Positions 59,091 to 64,000 of a stretch of 64,000 bases of DNA are shown piece after piece. Numbering within the stretch: position 1 is the stretch's first letter; each line of letters starts with the position of its first letter. The stretch comes from an uncultured Pseudomonadota bacterium (lineage in GTDB: Bacteria; Desulfobacterota; Binatia; Binatales; Binataceae): NCBI GenBank assembly GCA_963795945.1, contig CAWCJN010000021.1, positions 26,319 through 90,318 of the forward strand, read 5' to 3'. A model generated the notes under the pieces. It was not told the DNA's origin. It made no database searches and was given only the letters and a program-made list of their open reading frames with translations. The translations under genes and the position numbers were made by a program.

Positions 59091-59390
59091 TCAAAGATTG
59101 GAGATGATCCAATTCTGGACGACGGTGAAAAGTTCCTTACCGACTTGATTCATCCGATGGTCTGCGCCGTCGAACAGCCGGAGCGTCTTGGGCTCGCACG
59201 CTTTCTCATAGAGAATCCGTGAGCATTCGTCTCACAGGATCGTATCAGCCATGCCAGAATTAATAACAGAGGTTTCGGCGCAAGCTTATCGACGACGTGC
59301 GCACCAGCGAGCTGGCTCGAAATCGCGATGACGGTACTCGCAATCGGACTAATCGTGCCCGCGTTGATCGCAACCGCGCCGCCCGAGAGT
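59091..59390 (-). pseudogene. Remnant of an alpha/beta hydrolase (C-terminal half, frameshifted)
   Basis: Pieces read SGGAVAINAG...DKLAPKPLLLI / GMADTIL / CSRILYEKACEPKTLRLFDGADHRMNQ..WIISNL*. Confidence 0.55.
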
Positions 59391-59893
59391 CGCAGCATGA
59401 TCGATAACGAACCCAAGAAGCGCCAGGCAGAACAATCCCGAGCAGAAATCCGTTCCGCCTCAAAACCATCAGTTAAACATTCAACTTTTGACCTATCAGG
59501 CTATGGCAACGAAAGTTTTTTGATTTAGAATAGGATATAATTGAAGAGATAGCGAATGGGAGGCGGCAGGAGTTGGTGCGCGCCGGGCGCGAGCAGCCGA
59601 TTATCCCGCACCTCGCGCACCAGGTCAACCGTGCGCTGGACCGGTGCCGCCCCGGTCATCCGGCGGGGCCGGCGCCAGGCCTGTCCTCGCACAACCGCCC
59701 GAGTCAGTGGGACCGTGACCTTGGCGGCCGACCATTTGGTGAGAATGCCTAATCTGCCGCCAGGCGCCGCCTCAATCAATCGAAACCGGACTGGGCCGGT
59801 CGTTCTCAAACGCTAACGCTCCAGTCTCCAGAGCCCTAACTCACCCTCAGGAAACGTCCGGAGCTACAAAGACCGTATGGCCATTAGAAAACT

Positions 59894-59981
59894 TGGTGCC
59901 GGGGGCGGGACTCGAACCCGCACGGAGCTTGCGCTCCAGAGGATTTTAAGTCCTCTGTGTCTGCCATTTCACCACCCCGGC
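59894..59981 (-). tRNA. tRNA-Leu (anticodon TAA)
   Basis: GCCGGGG acceptor stem, GAGGA-CTTAAAA-TCCTC anticodon arm, long variable arm, GGTTCGAGTCC, encoded CCA. Confidence 0.97.
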
Positions 59982-60214
59982 GAAGGTCGTCGCGAAGCTG
60001 AGACTACGTTTGATTTTTCCAGCGCCAGTCGCATTCGGCAAGCGGAAATGAATTGATTCACGACTACGGCTGAATCCTCTACATAGCTTTTGCGTTAATC
60101 TCTCGCCGCTTGACGTAAACAGATTTGCGAGTTGAACGTATATAATTAAATTGCCGAGCGCTTCCGTCCGGAAAATGACGACCGCCGGTAGTCGCATGTG
60201 CGAGGTGATCGAGT

Positions 60215-60946
60215 TTGCTGCGTCATCAGAGCTATACGGTTTCGCTCCAAGATTGGGCACATCGGAAACGTTGCTGCCCACTGAGCGAGAAAGCTTTGGC
60301 GTTCGCCATTATCTCCACGCTCTTCGGATGCGCCGTCGCCGGCGCACCGATCAAAAGCACGCCTCAAGTGGTAGCGACCGCGCCTGCGGGTGAAGTGGCA
60401 GTCAGTTCGCAGCCGGGTGAGCTAATCGGAACGGTGCAACCGGTTTATATTTCGATCGCCAATGGCACCGATATTCCACGCTCGGTGGTGCCGAGCCAAA
60501 TATTCGCGCTAAACGAGGCGGGTGATCGTATTGCGCCGCTTCCGCCCGGAGAAGCTGCACGACAAGCCGGCGGGGCCGGTGAGCTCAAAGGCGCATTGTA
60601 CAGCGGCGCCACAAGTGGCGTACTCGGCGGAGCGGTGGGTGCGGGAATCGGCGCGCTTGCCGGTTCTTTGATTCCTGGCTATAGCGGGGCGGTAGGCGCC
60701 GGAATCGGCGCGGCGCTGGGCGCCGGAGAAGCCGGATTACACGGAGTAGGCGCCGGTCAGGAAAAAGCTGATCAACAAGCGCAAATGCAGCTAAGCTCAC
60801 TCGCGCTTCAGCCGGGTGAAGTGCGACATGATTTCACGGTGAGCGGCTACGTGTTTTTCCCGAAGGGCGATTACAAGCAACTGCAATTATTGCTGGTCGA
60901 TGCGGAAAGCGGAGATACGCAGACGATCGATCGTCCGTGGAAATGA
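60215..60946 (+). CDS. Hypothetical lipoprotein with glycine-zipper
   Basis: Hydrophobic stretch ending in the LFGC lipobox; GGAVGAGIGALAG / GAVGAGIGAALG; GYVFFP; start uncertain. Confidence 0.7.
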   Translation: MLRHQSYTVSLQDWAHRKRCCPLSEKALAFAIISTLFGCAVAGAPIKSTPQVVATAPAGEVAVSSQPGELIGTVQPVYISIANGTDIPRSVVPSQIFALNEAGDRIAPLPPGEAARQAGGAGELKGALYSGATSGVLGGAVGAGIGALAGSLIPGYSGAVGAGIGAALGAGEAGLHGVGAGQEKADQQAQMQLSSLALQPGEVRHDFTVSGYVFFPKGDYKQLQLLLVDAESGDTQTIDRPWK

Positions 60947-61003
60947 GCGCAGCGAGCGTGGATCACAGTTCGGTTTTGATCAAACGCGTTCGGAAGATCG
61001 GAC

Positions 61004-61222
61004 TCACTTTTCAGCAGCGAACAGTTCGTCAAGCGCCTCATTGACGAAATACTTCTGCGCCGGATCCTGATTGTCGAGTTCTGCTTTACGGCGCGCTACC
61101 CACTCGATTAATCCGAGCTTTGCAGCCTCTACCGCATCGGCTAGACCGGCGGCTTGCGCGATTCGCTCAAGTTCCCGAAGCGTTTCCATCGGCAGATGTA
61201 ATTCCAGCTTCCACTGATCCAT
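61004..61222 (-). CDS. Small hypothetical protein, possible ribbon-helix-helix
   Basis: GAGG RBS; KLELHLP followed by two amphipathic helices. Confidence 0.65.
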   Translation of the reverse strand: MDQWKLELHLPMETLRELERIAQAAGLADAVEAAKLGLIEWVARRKAELDNQDPAQKYFVNEALDELFAAEK

Positions 61223-61319
61223 TTGGCGTTTTTATCACCTCTAAAGTCTCGTATTCAAAGCAGCCAAAAGCTCCAAGCACGACGCGGCTGGCGGATATGT
61301 TAGGATTCATCTACAGATA

Positions 61320-63308
61320 ATGGGAACTCCTACTCCGGCCGGCATAGAAAAGCCCGCAGGCATGATTGTCGAATACCTTGATGATGGACGTATGCGTGCT
61401 GCCTTGGCGACACGCGAATATGGCAATCAGGTGGTAGTCGCCGACGCCAGCGGCAACGAACGCAAAATTTCACGCGAACTGGTGCTGGTGCGGCATACCG
61501 ATCGGCATCCGTCGCGCGAGCAGTTGCGCGAGTCATTGATCCAGCTTAGTGAGGAACGGCAGCGGCTGAGCGCGGACGTCGATCTCAATCTGCTATGGGA
61601 GATCGTGCGCGAGCATCAGCGCGGTTATAGCGCGGCAGCACTGGCCGAGATTTTTTTTGGCCGGTCCGCATCTCTCGAACATGCGGTGATGCTAGATGCA
61701 TTGCTGAATGATCGGCTGTACTTCGTGCGACGGCACATGGAATTCGTGGCGCGCGACGAAGCTCAAGTTGAGCGGCTGCGGACGCAGTACGACAAAATTC
61801 GGCTGCGCAGCGAAAGCGGCAAGCAGAATCGTCGACTGCTCAGTGGAATCTTATCCGACGGTCCATTACCGCCACGCGAAGAGGTGTCCTCACTTATTGC
61901 CGAATTAACGCGCTATCTGGAAAATCCGTTCACTCGCAATCGCGAGATTACCGGTTTGCTCGAAGCAGTGGCCGGAGAGATCACACCCGCTGAAGCGGCT
62001 TACGAAATCCTGGTGCGGGTGGGAGCGCGCCCCCCGGGACCGCGGTTTGCGCTGATCGGCGGGTTACGAATGAGTTTCAGTGAGGAGGCGAAGCTCGAGG
62101 CGTCGAGCCCCCCGATACCGCCGGCCCGCGAAACAGCTCAGCCTCACTGGACCGTGACAATCGATGACGAGGAGACAGTCGAAATCGATGACGCGATCGC
62201 ATGCGAAGCGCTGCCCAACGGCGGCTTTCGCGTACGAGTGCATATTGCACTGGTCGCTGACTTCGTCGTGAGGGGGAGCGCGATGGATGTTGAGGCGGCG
62301 GCGCGTGGAGCTACGATCTACTTGCCGGAAACCAGTATCAGGATGCTGCCTGATCCGGTCTCGACCAATTTGGCGAGCTTACAGGCTGGCATCGAGCGTC
62401 ATGTGCTGACGACCGAGGTGCACCTGTCGCAGTCAGGCGAGCTGCTCGATTATCGGATTTATCCTGAGCAGATTCTGGTGAATGAACGTCTGACCTACGA
62501 GAAAGCGGATCAGCTACTTGCGTGCAGCGCAAACGGCCAGGACGCGAACAGCGCCGAACTGATGCGGCTTTCGAGCAATTTGGCCTCTGCATTGCGCGAG
62601 CGGCGGCGGGCAGCGGGTGCGCGGCTGTTTCAACGTCGTGAGCCGAAAGTATCGGTGGTGGGCGATGAAATCGATATTCGAATTATCGATAATGCTTCGC
62701 CCGGCCGCGAGCTCGTCGCGGAGCTGATGGTATTGAGTAATTACGTCGCAGCGCGCTTTGCCGCCGATCGGGGTGTCCCGATGATCTTTCGGGTCCAGCC
62801 GAATGTTGGAGACGAGGCCTTTGCCCAACGCGCACGGTTATCGATACATCCGGAGTTTCATTCGGGAATAGGGCTCGAATGCTATGTGCAAGCGAGCTCG
62901 CCGATTCGTCGATACGTCGATCTCGTGCTGCAGCGCCAACTTATCTCGATGCTGTATGGCGCGGCTTCGCCCGCATATAATCAGGAAGAACTGCTAACGA
63001 TTCTCGCCGCAGCTGAAGCGACCGAAGCCGAAGGCCGTGAACTGGAGCGTCGCGCCAAGCGTTACTGGACGTTGACCTATCTCAAGCGTCATGCACTTGA
63101 ACAATCGCTCGAAGCTACCGTGATGCGCGATGGCGCCAGCGCCGAACTCACCGCGTATGCAGTGCGCGGAATCTTACATGGAGCGCCGAACCTGCCCGTC
63201 AATGCGCAAATCGAAGTGACTATTGGACGGGTCGATCCGGTGCACGGGTATCTTAGTCTCAATTACTTGCGCACAATTGTTGCGGCGGCGGAGAAAGGCG
63301 TCGCTTGA
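61320..63308 (+). CDS. RNB domain exoribonuclease (RNase II family)
   Basis: TIDDEETVEIDDA catalytic motif, RGATIYLP, LVAELM, SSPIRRYVDL..QRQ. Confidence 0.92.
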   Translation: MGTPTPAGIEKPAGMIVEYLDDGRMRAALATREYGNQVVVADASGNERKISRELVLVRHTDRHPSREQLRESLIQLSEERQRLSADVDLNLLWEIVREHQRGYSAAALAEIFFGRSASLEHAVMLDALLNDRLYFVRRHMEFVARDEAQVERLRTQYDKIRLRSESGKQNRRLLSGILSDGPLPPREEVSSLIAELTRYLENPFTRNREITGLLEAVAGEITPAEAAYEILVRVGARPPGPRFALIGGLRMSFSEEAKLEASSPPIPPARETAQPHWTVTIDDEETVEIDDAIACEALPNGGFRVRVHIALVADFVVRGSAMDVEAAARGATIYLPETSIRMLPDPVSTNLASLQAGIERHVLTTEVHLSQSGELLDYRIYPEQILVNERLTYEKADQLLACSANGQDANSAELMRLSSNLASALRERRRAAGARLFQRREPKVSVVGDEIDIRIIDNASPGRELVAELMVLSNYVAARFAADRGVPMIFRVQPNVGDEAFAQRARLSIHPEFHSGIGLECYVQASSPIRRYVDLVLQRQLISMLYGAASPAYNQEELLTILAAAEATEAEGRELERRAKRYWTLTYLKRHALEQSLEATVMRDGASAELTAYAVRGILHGAPNLPVNAQIEVTIGRVDPVHGYLSLNYLRTIVAAAEKGVA

Positions 63309-63343
63309 AATGCCTTCCCCCTTCTCCCGCACCGCCGCCCCAA

Positions 63344-63544
63344 TCAACCGATTTCGCCGTTGCCGAAGCTGTCCTTCTCGAGACGCCAGCGGTCAATTGA
63401 CTCAATATTGAAGCGCCAGTCACTGCCTACTTTGAACGCCGGCAGTTGACCGCGTTTCAGTTGCCGATAAACCGTTGATGGATGCACTTTCAAATAATCA
63501 GAGAGCTCCTTCACGGTCATAACTTGGCTATTATCAATTCTCAT
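63344..63544 (-). CDS. Excisionase-like HTH_17 DNA-binding protein
   Basis: MTVKELSDYLKVHPSTVYR...GQLPAFKVGSDWRF....IDRW; GGAGG RBS. Confidence 0.92.
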   Translation of the reverse strand: MRIDNSQVMTVKELSDYLKVHPSTVYRQLKRGQLPAFKVGSDWRFNIESIDRWRLEKDSFGNGEIG

Positions 63545-63602
63545 TGCCTTGATTCCTCCATTCGCTGCTTTATAGCTTTTACGCGCGAATGATTAGCGGC
63601 GG

Positions 63603-63619
63603 AGCAATGGATGTGCCGA
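63603..63619 (-). promoter_or_regulatory. sigma54 (-24/-12) promoter of the HTH gene
   Basis: TCGGCAC-ATCCA-TTGCT, near-consensus GG-N10-GC, about 60 nt upstream of the ATG. Confidence 0.75.
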
Positions 63620-64000
63620 CTCCGAGTCGAGCTTAGTTTCTTATTAGTCGGCTCAATTCAGTTTGACTGATCGATAATCATGTCAGGATTTTGCCGAACG
63701 CGACCGTAATTGGCCGCTTTCAGGACATCCGATTAGCGCCCATGATGCCGCTCTTAATGATCAAATGGCGAGTTTGTGGCTGCCCGATGACGAAGTCATA
63801 ATATTTTCGAGTGATTCCGAACCGAGTTCGCTGACTCGCAATAGGACATCCGATGTAGCAGCGGGCGTAAACGCCCTGCTTTCGAGGTGCTCATTTGCGT
63901 TCAGACTCCCGATCACAATCGACTAATTAGACGCCCTCGAGTGTCGTCGATCATCGATAAGATTCCGCTTTGCTCTTTCGCTCGATGGAGCAGGATCAAT

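Noticed and set aside
59573-59590. TTGGTGCG.. as an att duplicate of the tRNA 3' end
   Set aside because: Only 7 bp match; not significant
59894-59981. bldA-like regulatory role for tRNA-Leu(UAA)
   Set aside because: TTA codons occur in ordinary genes here (e.g. GATTTAGACTTA at the start of the SDR gene), so there is no sign of restricted use
1-64000. CRISPR array or rRNA genes
   Set aside because: No regularly spaced repeat-spacer units and no rRNA-like sequence seen; the repeats found are dispersed

Overview
GC-rich bacterial chromosomal window. The gene content (many LLM/F420-type oxidoreductases, amidohydrolases, CoA enzymes and DUF748 proteins) suggests Candidatus Binatota/Binataceae, but this is inference only. 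Housekeeping genes: start of the dcw cluster (mraZ-rsmH-ftsL with MraZ boxes), bolA-grxD, asnS, rpsU, miaB, glcDEF, an archaeal/fungal-type asd, an RNB ribonuclease and tRNA-Leu(TAA). About 7-41 kb is a dense block of catabolic genes of unknown substrate: a Rieske oxygenase operon without reductase, tandem amidohydrolase and crotonase paralogues, an HpaB-like monooxygenase, and a divergent prpB/tcuA/tcuA/prpF cluster interrupted by an IS1202-like (ISNCY) element. Two TA modules are present: HicAB, and a Phd-VapC pair that appears to use CTG starts behind a perfect 31-bp palindrome. Non-coding structure read from the sequence: a MITE family sitting at TAG stop codons, a second intergenic repeat family, three sigma54-type promoters, a dif-like site near the IS, and a lower-GC desaturase gene flanked by a 10-bp direct repeat. 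Five single-base frameshifts in three otherwise intact genes may be assembly errors. No CRISPR array or rRNA was seen.
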